A stretch of 64,000 nucleotides of DNA from an uncultured Bacteroidales bacterium (GTDB lineage Bacteria; Bacteroidota; Bacteroidia; Bacteroidales; VadinHA17), in assembly GCA_963701745.1 (NCBI GenBank), contig CAVPBE010000004.1, forward strand, positions 88,586 to 152,585. The letters are read 5' to 3'. Position 1 is the first letter of the stretch, and each line of letters begins with the position of its first letter. Both the position numbers and the translations under genes were made by a program. The notes under the pieces are model-generated. The model saw nothing but the letters and a program-made list of their open reading frames with translations, was not told the DNA's origin and ran no database searches. Of the stretch, positions 1-9,089 are shown in pieces.

Positions 1-1995
1 GCAGGTACATTCTCATCTACAGCCGGCCTTGTATTTGTAAGTACGGCAACAGGACAGGTAAATCTGGCTGCAAGCACAATCGGAAGTTATATTGTTACAA
101 ATACTATTGCAGCAGCTGGTGGCTGTGGTGTCGTAACAGCTACAAGTCCGATTACCATTATATCGGATTTGACCTGGACCGGAGTAATCAGTTCTGACTG
201 GAATGTTGCCGGAAACTGGTCCTGCGGAATCTTACCAGCCTTATCAACTCCCGTTCAAATCCCAAATGTCCCGAATAAGCCTGTTCTCAGTGCAGGGGCT
301 ACAGGTACTGTTAAGGATTTAACAATAGCAACAGGTTCATCTTTAATAATCTCAGGAAATACATTACAGATCGCCGGTACAATTGCAAATAATGGAACTT
401 TTGATGCTTCCAATGGTACTATTATAATGAACGGATCATCAGCTCAGACAATCGGTGCTGCAGCTTTCACCGGTAATACGATCAGGAACCTGACCATCAG
501 CAATGCTTCAGGTGTAAGCCTGCTTGGACCTCTTACTGTTACCAGAATCGTCAATATTCAGAACGGGGCACTTGCTTCAGCCGGAAATTTGACTCTTGCC
601 TCATCAGCTGCAGGTACAGCTTTAATAGATGGCTCAGGTGGAGGAGCCGTTACCGGAAATGTGATCATGCAGCGGTATCTTTCATCGAAATTCGGCTACA
701 AGTATATAAGCTCTCCTTTCCAGTCTGCCACCGTCAATGAACTAAGTGATGATATAGATCTTGGCGCTTCTTTCCCAACACTATTCCGTTATAATGAAGG
801 CAGTACAACATCAGGCTGGGTGGATTACATAACTATTGCCGATCCGCTTAGCGGACTGCATGGGTATGCTGCAAATTTTGGATCATCAGGAGTTCCGTTT
901 ACTGCTGATATTACAGGTACCGTAAATAATGGCCCTCTCTCAATAACCTTATATAACAATAATAACCCTTATACCCTTGGCTTCAACCTCGTTGGTAATC
1001 CTTACCCTTCACCTGTCGACTGGGACGCAGCTTCAGGATGGACAAAAACAAATATTGATAATGCCCTCTATTATTTTAAAGCCAGTACAACCGATGAGTA
1101 TGGAGGAACTTACAGTACTTATATTAACGGAATCTCGAGTGACGGTCTTGCTACAGCCATAATTCCTTCAATGCAGGGATTTTTTATACATGTTTCTGAC
1201 GGTTCATATCCGGTGACAGGGACATTAGGTTTAAACAACAGTGTGAGGGTCACTGATCTTACACATCCTTTTGTGAAATCGGAAGGAAAGAGCTCAATAC
1301 CGCTGATCCGTTTAGGAGCAACTTTTGCTGACGATACTGCCTCTACAGATCCGATGGTAATCTATTTTGATGAAAAAGCACAAACAGGGTTCGACACTTA
1401 CCTTGATGCAAGAAAGCTTATGAATACTGATTACTATGTTCCAAATCTATACGCTTTGGGTACTGACGGAATAAAATTATCCATCGACGCGCTGCCTGAA
1501 AGCCAGGATTCAATTTACAGTATACCGCTTGGCATGAAGACTAATATAGATGGTACCATTGTTTTCAGGATAATTGATCTGGTAGAGGATCTTCCCTGGG
1601 ACAAAATTTACTTAACTGACATGACGTCTGGATCTGAAAATGACCTTCTCAATAATAAAGAATACAGGGTTAATCTGGAAGCTGGTGAATATAAGAACAG
1701 ATTCTTCCTTAACCTTATGAGAAAAGCAGTTGAACCTCCCGATACCAGCACAAATAATGAACCTTTTACTGTTTACAGCACACATGGAGTTGTAAAAGCT
1801 TATATTAATACTGACATTATTGGTTTGGGTGTGCTTTCAATCTATAATCTGACAGGTCAGGTTTTGTTTACTAAAAGAATTTCAGATTCGGGTTATTATG
1901 AGTTCAATCCCGGGTTCAAAGATGGTATCTATATCGTCAGATTTGTTTCAAAAATATATATAGATTCTAGAAAAATATTTATAGAGAACAGATGA
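1..1995 (+). CDS. C-terminal part of a large cell-surface adhesin-like protein with a T9SS C-terminal sorting domain (5' end lies outside the window)
   Basis: Frame 1 is open from base 1, so the listed TTG at 169 is not the true start. The translation from base 1 reads AGTFSSTAGLVFVSTATGQVNLAASTIGSYIVTNTIAAAGGCGVVTATSPITI, a typical repeat module of Bacteroidota surface proteins. A TWTG..SDWNVAGNW motif follows. The C-terminus (VLSIYNLTGQVLFTKRI...GIYIVRFVSK) looks like a T9SS type A CTD. Confidence 0.8.
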   Translation, partial: AGTFSSTAGLVFVSTATGQVNLAASTIGSYIVTNTIAAAGGCGVVTATSPITIISDLTWTGVISSDWNVAGNWSCGILPALSTPVQIPNVPNKPVLSAGATGTVKDLTIATGSSLIISGNTLQIAGTIANNGTFDASNGTIIMNGSSAQTIGAAAFTGNTIRNLTISNASGVSLLGPLTVTRIVNIQNGALASAGNLTLASSAAGTALIDGSGGGAVTGNVIMQRYLSSKFGYKYISSPFQSATVNELSDDIDLGASFPTLFRYNEGSTTSGWVDYITIADPLSGLHGYAANFGSSGVPFTADITGTVNNGPLSITLYNNNNPYTLGFNLVGNPYPSPVDWDAASGWTKTNIDNALYYFKASTTDEYGGTYSTYINGISSDGLATAIIPSMQGFFIHVSDGSYPVTGTLGLNNSVRVTDLTHPFVKSEGKSSIPLIRLGATFADDTASTDPMVIYFDEKAQTGFDTYLDARKLMNTDYYVPNLYALGTDGIKLSIDALPESQDSIYSIPLGMKTNIDGTIVFRIIDLVEDLPWDKIYLTDMTSGSENDLLNNKEYRVNLEAGEYKNRFFLNLMRKAVEPPDTSTNNEPFTVYSTHGVVKAYINTDIIGLGVLSIYNLTGQVLFTKRISDSGYYEFNPGFKDGIYIVRFVSKIYIDSRKIFIENR

Positions 1996-2513
1996 TATCA
2001 TCCAAAATAAGTGACTGGTGGCTCCGCATTATTTTTATAGTACTGCTGGTTTTGATGTATCCACTATCCCCTGTGTTAAAAGCGCAGGAACCGCCACCAC
2101 GTCCGATCAGAATAAATGCAACCGCCCAGGGTCTAAGCTTCGGTGCATTTTATCACGGTGCCAGCGGTGGTACCGTCGTGATTACTCCGGCAGGTGCCCG
2201 TTCTTCAACCGGTGATGTTGTTCTCCTTTCTCTCGGGATCCCTTTCTCCGCTGCACTATTTCAAGTACATGCACACCGCGGAACAGTGATATCTATTCTT
2301 AATGGTCCGGATACGATTCTCTCTGGTACTCCGTCAGGAACAATGACGCTTCATATCGGGAGCTCCAATCCATCATCGCCATTTGTCTCGACTGTTAATT
2401 TCAATGTCGCAATACCGCTTTATATCGGAGGGATTCTTACAGTTGGAAATTCCGCTGCCAATCCGCCTGGCAGCTACACAGGAACTTTCGACGTAACTAT
2501 CGTGAGGGAATAA
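1992..2513 (+). CDS. DUF4402 (spore-coat-protein-U/SCPU-like) secreted pilin-type protein
   Basis: There is a signal peptide (IIFIVLLVLMYPLSPVLKAQ). The pattern LSFGAF...GGTVVITPAG...TMTLHIGSS...LYIGGILTVGNSAANPPGSYTGTFDVTIV matches the DUF4402/SCPU beta-sandwich signature as I remember it. The start overlaps the upstream stop (ATGA). Confidence 0.7.
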   Translation: MISSKISDWWLRIIFIVLLVLMYPLSPVLKAQEPPPRPIRINATAQGLSFGAFYHGASGGTVVITPAGARSSTGDVVLLSLGIPFSAALFQVHAHRGTVISILNGPDTILSGTPSGTMTLHIGSSNPSSPFVSTVNFNVAIPLYIGGILTVGNSAANPPGSYTGTFDVTIVRE

Positions 2514-2544
2514 ACAGGATTATTAAATTAAGTGAAAAAACAAA

Positions 2545-5500
2545 ATGACGGTTATAAAAGCATACTCCAAAGATTCTCTTTCAGGATGTGTGCGTTTCAT
2601 TATGAACCGTTATTCAGCCCTTTTATTAATCCTTTTGTTCTTTCACGGAATGGAGAGGCTCTATTCACAGGATCTTCCGGAATACGATGAGATTTCTGTT
2701 TTCCTTGAGATCCCCGGCATTGGAGGGGGAGAGATCAACGCTCTTATAAAGGGAGAGGAGTTATATCTGCCGGTTACAGATCTGTTTGATTTTCTTAAGA
2801 TAAGAAATGTCCCCTCAACCGGACTGGAGATCATCTCAGGATTTTTTGTAAATCCTGAAGCAAAATACATAATAGACAGGACAAATAACCAGATTATTTA
2901 TCAGGATAACACATTCAATCTTGAAGCAGGCGACCTTATAAGGACTGAAACAAGTCTTTACCTGAAATCATTGTATTACGGGAAAGTGTTTGGCCTCGAC
3001 TGCAAATTCTCCTTCCGGGCTCTTTCGGTGAACATTACAAGCAAGCTTGAATTGCCGTTGATCCGTGAAATGAAGCAGGAAGAGATGAGGCGCAATATTG
3101 CCCGTCTTAAAGGTGATGTACAGGCTGATACAACTATCGGCCGGACATATCCGCTTTTCAAGTTCGGAATGGCCGATTGGGCAGTTACATCAGAGCAGGA
3201 GATAAACGGCAAATCCGATACCAGGCTAAACCTGGCTCTCGGATCAATGATAGCGGGAGGTGAAGCAACAGCTTCATTATACTATAACAGCACAGATCCC
3301 TTTACAGAAAAACAGCAGTACTACCTCTGGCGTTATGTCAATAACGATTTTGCCCCGTTAAGGCAGGTGATGGCAGGTAAGATCCGGACGAATGCCATTT
3401 CCTCAATCTATAATCCTGTTGTAGGGATCCAGCTTACTAATACTCCTACAACCTACAGGAGATCATTCGGCACTTATACCCTTAGTGATAAAACGGAACC
3501 AGGCTGGATCGTTGAACTATATGTGAATAGTGTTCTCGTAGATTATATCAAAGCCGATGCTTCCGGCTTTTTCAGTTTTCAGGTCCCCCTTGTATACGGC
3601 AACTCAATTGTTAAACTTAAGTTCTTTGGCCCATGGGGTGAGGAACGTAGCAGAGAACAGAACATTTCAATACCATATAATTTTCTCCCCGAAAAGACTC
3701 TTGAGTACACATTCAGCGCCGGAATAGTTGAGGACACTTCAGCAAGCAGGTTCTCACGGGCCAGCGTTAATTACGGGGCTACCAAAAGTCTGACTCTCGG
3801 AGGAGGAGCTGAATATCTTTCATCTGTGACGTCCCAACCATTCATGCCGTATGTTAATGCATCTCTCAGGGTAACCAGCAATCTAATACTTTCTGGCGAA
3901 TATGCACCAGGGGTAAGAACAAGGGGCACCCTTTCCTACAGACTCCCGTCAAACCTTCAGTTCGACGCCTATTATACATTATACGATAAGGACCAGAAGG
4001 CTATATTTTATAACTACTTGGAAGAGAGAAAAGCTACATTGTCAATGCCTCTTAAAATTGGCAAATTTTCATCATTTCAGCGATTCTCATTTAATCAGAT
4101 CGTTCTCCCTGCCTCAAAATATACCACAGCTGAATGGCTTATCTCAGGATCTGTTTTTGGAGTGAGCACAAACCTTACCACTTATGCACTTTTCGTTGAA
4201 AATGTAAAACCTTACCTCTATAGCAATCTGGCCCTGGCTTTGAGACTTCCTGGAGGATTTATTCTCATGCCCCAGGCCCAGTATGGTTTTACAGAGAACA
4301 AATTGTTCTCGGCAAAGGCCAGGCTCGAAAAACGTGTTATAAAAAACGGGTTCATGAATCTGTCGTATGAACAGAATTTCAGAAATAACCTCAGGCTTGC
4401 AGAAGCAGGATTTCGCTATGACTTCTCATTTGCTCAGGCTGGTGCTGCAGTCAGACAGTACAATAATAAAACAAGCCTTATCGAATATGCAAGGGGAAGT
4501 CTGATTAATGACAGAAAAACAAAATATCTTGGAACTGATAACCGGCCCAATGTAGGAAAAGGTGGGATAACAGTGATTCCGTTCCTCGACCTGAATGCCA
4601 ACGGTAAAAAGGATCCCGGCGAACCTAAAGCCCAGGGCCTTAACCTGCATTCAAACGGAGGACGTGTTGTTAAAAACGACCGGGACACTACCATAAGGAT
4701 ACTTGGACTGGAACCTTATACAAGCTGCTTCATCGACCTTGATCCCAACAGTTTCGATAATATCTCATGGAGATTAACCAAAGAGACTTACAATGTTGCT
4801 GTTGATCCTGATATATTGAAGAGTATTGAAGTACCTGTTATTATTGCAGGTGAAGCGACTGGCTTTGTTTCCCTTGAAAGTGATGGGGAAAAGAGAGGCC
4901 AGGGTCGTATTGTAATAAGATTCTTTGACAACAGCCTTAAACCTGCAGGAAAGACAATTACTGAAGATGATGGATATTTCAGCTATTTTGGCCTTACATC
5001 AGGGACATATACGGTCAGCATTGATACCTCCCAGTTGCGGAAACTCAAAATGATTTCAGATCCTGAGTCCCGGCAATTCACTATCGCTGGAGGGCTTGAC
5101 GGAGATATAGCTGACGGCCTGGATTTCGCATTAAAACTGGTTCCGGGTGACACCACTAAGGTGAGCCCAGTTGCTCCCGAGTTGCAAGTTATACCCGGGG
5201 TGCCTGCTATTAAAAGGGATACGACTTACATGATCCTTCACGAAATGTCCGAGGAGGTATATACAATTACTGAGGACAGCTGGGCCATCCAGATCGGAGC
5301 GTTCAAGAGCAAACCATATGCTGAAGGCTTCCAGAGAATGCTTAAGAGAGAACTTGGAAAGGATGTTCGGATAACAATTGAGGGGGAATATTACAGGGTT
5401 CGTATTCTTGACCTGCCTACCCGTGAAGAGGTCGATAGAAACATTATAAAACTTAATAAACTGGGATTCAAGGAACTCTGGATAATCCATCTGCTGGCCA

Positions 5501-6204
5501 GACAGCAACAAAGGGTGCTTATCACGAGGGAAGACTCTCTTGCAAGAATAAAGGAGACTCTTATTGGGAGAGAGGTACAATTGACGCCAGCTGAAAGAGA
5601 TCAGTTGCAATTAGATGCATTCCGCCTGAGATCCGATGCAATCGGACTAAGGAAACAGATCTCAGCTCCGATAAGTGAAAAGGTTACAATTGACAATAAG
5701 GGCAATTATTACAGGCTTGAAATCCCTGAACAGCCAATTCTGGACCCGACGGTTCTTGAAGCTATACAAAAACTAATGCCTTCCTATGGACAGCTTGATG
5801 TTAAAGATACATGGCAGGCGCCTGTGGTTGTGCAACCTTTTGTGGAGCCTGCCGAAAGAGAACCAGTGATAATTCAGAAGGCATTTGTAAGACCTGATGC
5901 TTCCTTAAGAATATCTGAAGTTAAACCAGGCCGGCTTTCAATGGCAGAAAAACCTGTAACCGGAGAACCATCCGTAGCTCTGCAGGTTGCAATCTTTATT
6001 AAGGAATCTCAGGCATTACGTGCACAGAAAAGAATAATGATGAAACTAAACCTGCCGGTCGAAATAGTGAAACAATTTGATTATTACCATGTAATCGTTA
6101 CAGGATTCTATTCCCGGGAAGAGACTTTCCAATATTATCCTGAGCTTGCAGGTATAGGCTATCCGCGTGTTACACTACTTCCGAATTATCAAAGGCAGAA
6201 ATAA
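2545..6204 (+). CDS. Large usher-like outer-membrane protein with beta-sandwich domains and C-terminal SPOR repeats
   Basis: 1219-aa ORF. An alternative start at 2602 (MNRYSALLLILLFF) gives a clean signal peptide. GWIVELYVNSVLVDYIKADASGFFSFQVPLVYGNSIVKLKFFGPWGEE resembles the usher plug/middle-domain motif. Long alternating beta-strand stretches follow. GYFSYFGLTSGTYTV looks like a CarboxypepD_reg/Cna-B-like domain. SPOR-like modules are WAIQIGAFKSKPYAEGFQRML...YYRVRI and ALQVAIFIKESQALRAQKRIM...YYHVIVTGF. Confidence 0.85.
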   Translation: MTVIKAYSKDSLSGCVRFIMNRYSALLLILLFFHGMERLYSQDLPEYDEISVFLEIPGIGGGEINALIKGEELYLPVTDLFDFLKIRNVPSTGLEIISGFFVNPEAKYIIDRTNNQIIYQDNTFNLEAGDLIRTETSLYLKSLYYGKVFGLDCKFSFRALSVNITSKLELPLIREMKQEEMRRNIARLKGDVQADTTIGRTYPLFKFGMADWAVTSEQEINGKSDTRLNLALGSMIAGGEATASLYYNSTDPFTEKQQYYLWRYVNNDFAPLRQVMAGKIRTNAISSIYNPVVGIQLTNTPTTYRRSFGTYTLSDKTEPGWIVELYVNSVLVDYIKADASGFFSFQVPLVYGNSIVKLKFFGPWGEERSREQNISIPYNFLPEKTLEYTFSAGIVEDTSASRFSRASVNYGATKSLTLGGGAEYLSSVTSQPFMPYVNASLRVTSNLILSGEYAPGVRTRGTLSYRLPSNLQFDAYYTLYDKDQKAIFYNYLEERKATLSMPLKIGKFSSFQRFSFNQIVLPASKYTTAEWLISGSVFGVSTNLTTYALFVENVKPYLYSNLALALRLPGGFILMPQAQYGFTENKLFSAKARLEKRVIKNGFMNLSYEQNFRNNLRLAEAGFRYDFSFAQAGAAVRQYNNKTSLIEYARGSLINDRKTKYLGTDNRPNVGKGGITVIPFLDLNANGKKDPGEPKAQGLNLHSNGGRVVKNDRDTTIRILGLEPYTSCFIDLDPNSFDNISWRLTKETYNVAVDPDILKSIEVPVIIAGEATGFVSLESDGEKRGQGRIVIRFFDNSLKPAGKTITEDDGYFSYFGLTSGTYTVSIDTSQLRKLKMISDPESRQFTIAGGLDGDIADGLDFALKLVPGDTTKVSPVAPELQVIPGVPAIKRDTTYMILHEMSEEVYTITEDSWAIQIGAFKSKPYAEGFQRMLKRELGKDVRITIEGEYYRVRILDLPTREEVDRNIIKLNKLGFKELWIIHLLARQQQRVLITREDSLARIKETLIGREVQLTPAERDQLQLDAFRLRSDAIGLRKQISAPISEKVTIDNKGNYYRLEIPEQPILDPTVLEAIQKLMPSYGQLDVKDTWQAPVVVQPFVEPAEREPVIIQKAFVRPDASLRISEVKPGRLSMAEKPVTGEPSVALQVAIFIKESQALRAQKRIMMKLNLPVEIVKQFDYYHVIVTGFYSREETFQYYPELAGIGYPRVTLLPNYQRQK

Positions 6205-6337
6205 TCCTGTCCGGCTACTTCTTTGAACCACCCCGTCCCGACCGAAGCATCAGGGGAAGGTGGTTGACTTATAATTCAGCCTCTACTCAATTATTTGTTT
6301 AATTTTGATTGATTTTCAAATTAAAATACCACCCCTT

Positions 6338-6895
6338 ATGCCGAAAATAGCCATTATTTCTCCCAGCGTCAGAAATGGCCGTAAAAGCCACAGGATTGCG
6401 CTGTATTTCAGAAACCTTCTGACAGAAATGGATATCAATGAAAATGAAATTCTTGACCTTCTTGAATACAATTTCCCGATTTTCAATGAAAGGCTAAAAT
6501 ACTTTAAATCACCTACCAGCGGGATGATCAGTTTTTCAGAAAAGATCAAATCTGCAGATGGAGTAATTATAATAACGCCTGAATATAACGGGGGCTATCC
6601 CGCCAGCTTGAAAAATGCTATAGACCTGCTCACTGATGAATGGAGGCGAAAACCAGTTGTTTTTGTCACGGTTTCAAACGGAAATTTTGCAGGCACACAG
6701 GTGATTACTTCCATTCAGTTCGCTCTTTGGAAATTAGGTACGATGACTGTTCCCGCAACTCTGCGCCTGCCAAATATTGAAACCACATTTGATGAAGCAG
6801 GAATTCCTGCCGATAAAGCAGAAACCAATAAAAGAGCCACAGCAGTGATAAACGAACTTCTCTGGTATATTGAAGCAAAGAAGCGCATGATTTAA
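6338..6895 (+). CDS. NADPH-dependent FMN reductase family protein
   Basis: MPKIAIISPSVRNGRKSHRIALYF and IIITPEYNGGYPASLKNAIDLL are flavodoxin-like FMN reductase motifs. The ATG at 6338 is preferred over the listed TTG at 6305. Confidence 0.8.
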   Translation: MPKIAIISPSVRNGRKSHRIALYFRNLLTEMDINENEILDLLEYNFPIFNERLKYFKSPTSGMISFSEKIKSADGVIIITPEYNGGYPASLKNAIDLLTDEWRRKPVVFVTVSNGNFAGTQVITSIQFALWKLGTMTVPATLRLPNIETTFDEAGIPADKAETNKRATAVINELLWYIEAKKRMI

Positions 6896-6947
6896 CCAGA
6901 GTAAAGTACTTACTTTTTTGTATTACTTTTGAACTTTATCTTTATGT

Positions 6948-9047
6948 ATGAAAAGGATACTCCTTTTTACGATCGCTTTGATTGTATCGGTATCAGTTCT
7001 GTCGCAGAAGGTGGAAGTACAGCTGACCAGGTTAAGGAATGCTTCAGTTTCCGAGTGGCAGATCCTTGATGAAAAATATATGCCGGTACTTAAAGAAAGT
7101 GAATATCCTGTTGAAGACACTATTTATTTTTCATTAGAAGCCGGAAAAAGGTATTTTTTTCTGATTTCAATCTCCCGGATTAATATTACTGACACTTGTC
7201 TTTATTCTCTTCTGCTTGACAATAACTTAATCTTGCTTATTAATTCAGATACCGGAACGGGCGATCATTTCTTTCCGTTCTTCACCGGAGTAAAAACCGA
7301 TGCTGAAGCAAAGATCACAGGTGGATCAAACGCCTCAATATCTGACTTTCCCTGGCAGGTTTTTCTTGAAGCAGATGTATTCACATGCGGAGGTTCAATT
7401 ATCAGCAATCAGTGGATAATTACTGCTGCTCATTGCACAAGGGATGAGTATAATGTAAGAATTCCGGCATCAGCAATGGATGTAATTGTTGGTGCCAATA
7501 ATCCGAGAAATTCACAACAGGGAAAAAAATATTTGGTAAGCGAAGTAATACAACATGAGGCTTTTGATGTCTCTACACTTGAAAATGATATTGCTTTGCT
7601 TAAATTAACGGAGCCCATCAATTATCCGAATGCAGTACCTATCAAGCTTATTTCGGCAAAGGATGCAGCTGCAGGAGCTACAGATCCTGGTGTTATGTCG
7701 TGGGTTACCGGATATGGATACACCAGCGTCAACCCGGTGATCTACCCTTCAACGCTTCAAAAGGTTCAGCTGCCAATAGTCTCAAACGCTCAGGCATCTT
7801 TAGTATGGAATGGACAAATAGCGGCAACAGATATAATGGCCGGTTATCGCGACGGAAACAAGGATGCCTGCAGCGGCGACAGCGGTGGCCCAATGGTGGT
7901 ATCCGTCAATGGAGAAAATAAACTTGCCGGCCTGGTCAGCTGGGGAAGCAGCAATTGCAATACCTATGGGGCATATACCCGTTTATCATTGTTTGAATCG
8001 TGGATCACCCGGAAGACCGGTATAGAAATCACCTTTGTTGCCCCCGTACCCAGTGGAGATTCTATTGTTTGCTACGGAACATCAAACAGCGAATACATTG
8101 CAGCACCAGTGGCAGGTGCCTCTGCCTACAACTGGTCCCTGATACCCCTGAGCGCCGGATCTATTTTTGGCAATACCGGAACTGCAATCGTTGAATGGAA
8201 TCCCGGTTTTAAAGGATCCGCAAAAGTCAACCTTCAGATTACCCGTAATGGGGAATTATCTGATATATCGACACTGAGGGTTAATGTTGCAAAGTTTACG
8301 AAGATTATCAGTGAGCCAGCTGACAGTGTTATGTGTGCTGAAAAGCCTATTGCCCTTACCATCGAGGCAGAAGGATATAATCTGAATTACTCCTGGTTCA
8401 AAAACAGGAATCTTTTGCGTTCCGGTCCGTCAGGAGTAGTAAGCATCCTGAGTGCCATGACAGATGATTCCGGTCAGTATTTTTGCGAAATAAATGGGTC
8501 GTGCGGCAGTGTTGTTTCAAGGATCAGCAACCTAACTGTTCTGCCTGTTACAAGGATAAACACTATTTCTCCCGACACTGAAGTTTCGTTTGGAGAAGAT
8601 CTGACCCTTGATGTAACCACTGAAGGCCATAACCTTACATATCAGTGGCAAAAAGATAATAATACAATTGAACAGGGAAATTCTTCAGATCTGGTGCTGC
8701 AAAATGTTAATGCAAATGATATTGGCCTTTATCGGACAACCGTATCGGGAACATGCGGAACTCAACTAAGCAATAAAGTTTATGTTTATGTAAAAAAAGA
8801 AGACTATTCAGGCGAACCTGAACTGTTTGTATGGCCAACCATGGTGAATGAACAATTCAATGTGGCTCTGAGTAATGACAAGATCTACACTATACTGCTG
8901 CATAATACTATGGGAAGGCTCTTAAAGGTAAAAGAGAACTGCCAGTATCAGACAATTTTGAACATCAGCGATCTCCCTCCGGGAATCTATTTAGCCACTA
9001 TTTATAACGACACTTTACGGAAATCAATAAAGATCATTAAAAAGTAA
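6948..9047 (+). CDS. Secreted S1 (trypsin-like) serine protease with Ig-like repeats and a T9SS C-terminal sorting domain
   Basis: A signal peptide is present. The catalytic triad context is ITGG..FPWQV, TAAHC, DIALLKL and GDSGGP. Ig-like modules include NYSWFKN...DSGQYFCEI and TYQWQKDN...IGLYRTTVSGTCG. The C-terminus (PPGIYLATIYNDTLRKSIKIIKK) is CTD-like. Confidence 0.9.
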   Translation: MKRILLFTIALIVSVSVLSQKVEVQLTRLRNASVSEWQILDEKYMPVLKESEYPVEDTIYFSLEAGKRYFFLISISRINITDTCLYSLLLDNNLILLINSDTGTGDHFFPFFTGVKTDAEAKITGGSNASISDFPWQVFLEADVFTCGGSIISNQWIITAAHCTRDEYNVRIPASAMDVIVGANNPRNSQQGKKYLVSEVIQHEAFDVSTLENDIALLKLTEPINYPNAVPIKLISAKDAAAGATDPGVMSWVTGYGYTSVNPVIYPSTLQKVQLPIVSNAQASLVWNGQIAATDIMAGYRDGNKDACSGDSGGPMVVSVNGENKLAGLVSWGSSNCNTYGAYTRLSLFESWITRKTGIEITFVAPVPSGDSIVCYGTSNSEYIAAPVAGASAYNWSLIPLSAGSIFGNTGTAIVEWNPGFKGSAKVNLQITRNGELSDISTLRVNVAKFTKIISEPADSVMCAEKPIALTIEAEGYNLNYSWFKNRNLLRSGPSGVVSILSAMTDDSGQYFCEINGSCGSVVSRISNLTVLPVTRINTISPDTEVSFGEDLTLDVTTEGHNLTYQWQKDNNTIEQGNSSDLVLQNVNANDIGLYRTTVSGTCGTQLSNKVYVYVKKEDYSGEPELFVWPTMVNEQFNVALSNDKIYTILLHNTMGRLLKVKENCQYQTILNISDLPPGIYLATIYNDTLRKSIKIIKK

Positions 9048-9089
9048 TATCTCTTAACTGATCTTTATTTTCCCTATTTCCTTATTTCC

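Noticed and set aside
5131-5610. 159-aa antisense ORF inside the usher-like gene. Similar long shadow ORFs occur at 12071-12595, 20502-20996, 37038-37484, 54665-55099 and 61166-61543.
   Set aside because: Each lies fully inside a longer ORF on the opposite strand that has clear family motifs. Their translations are low-complexity or hydrophobic nonsense with no recognisable motifs.
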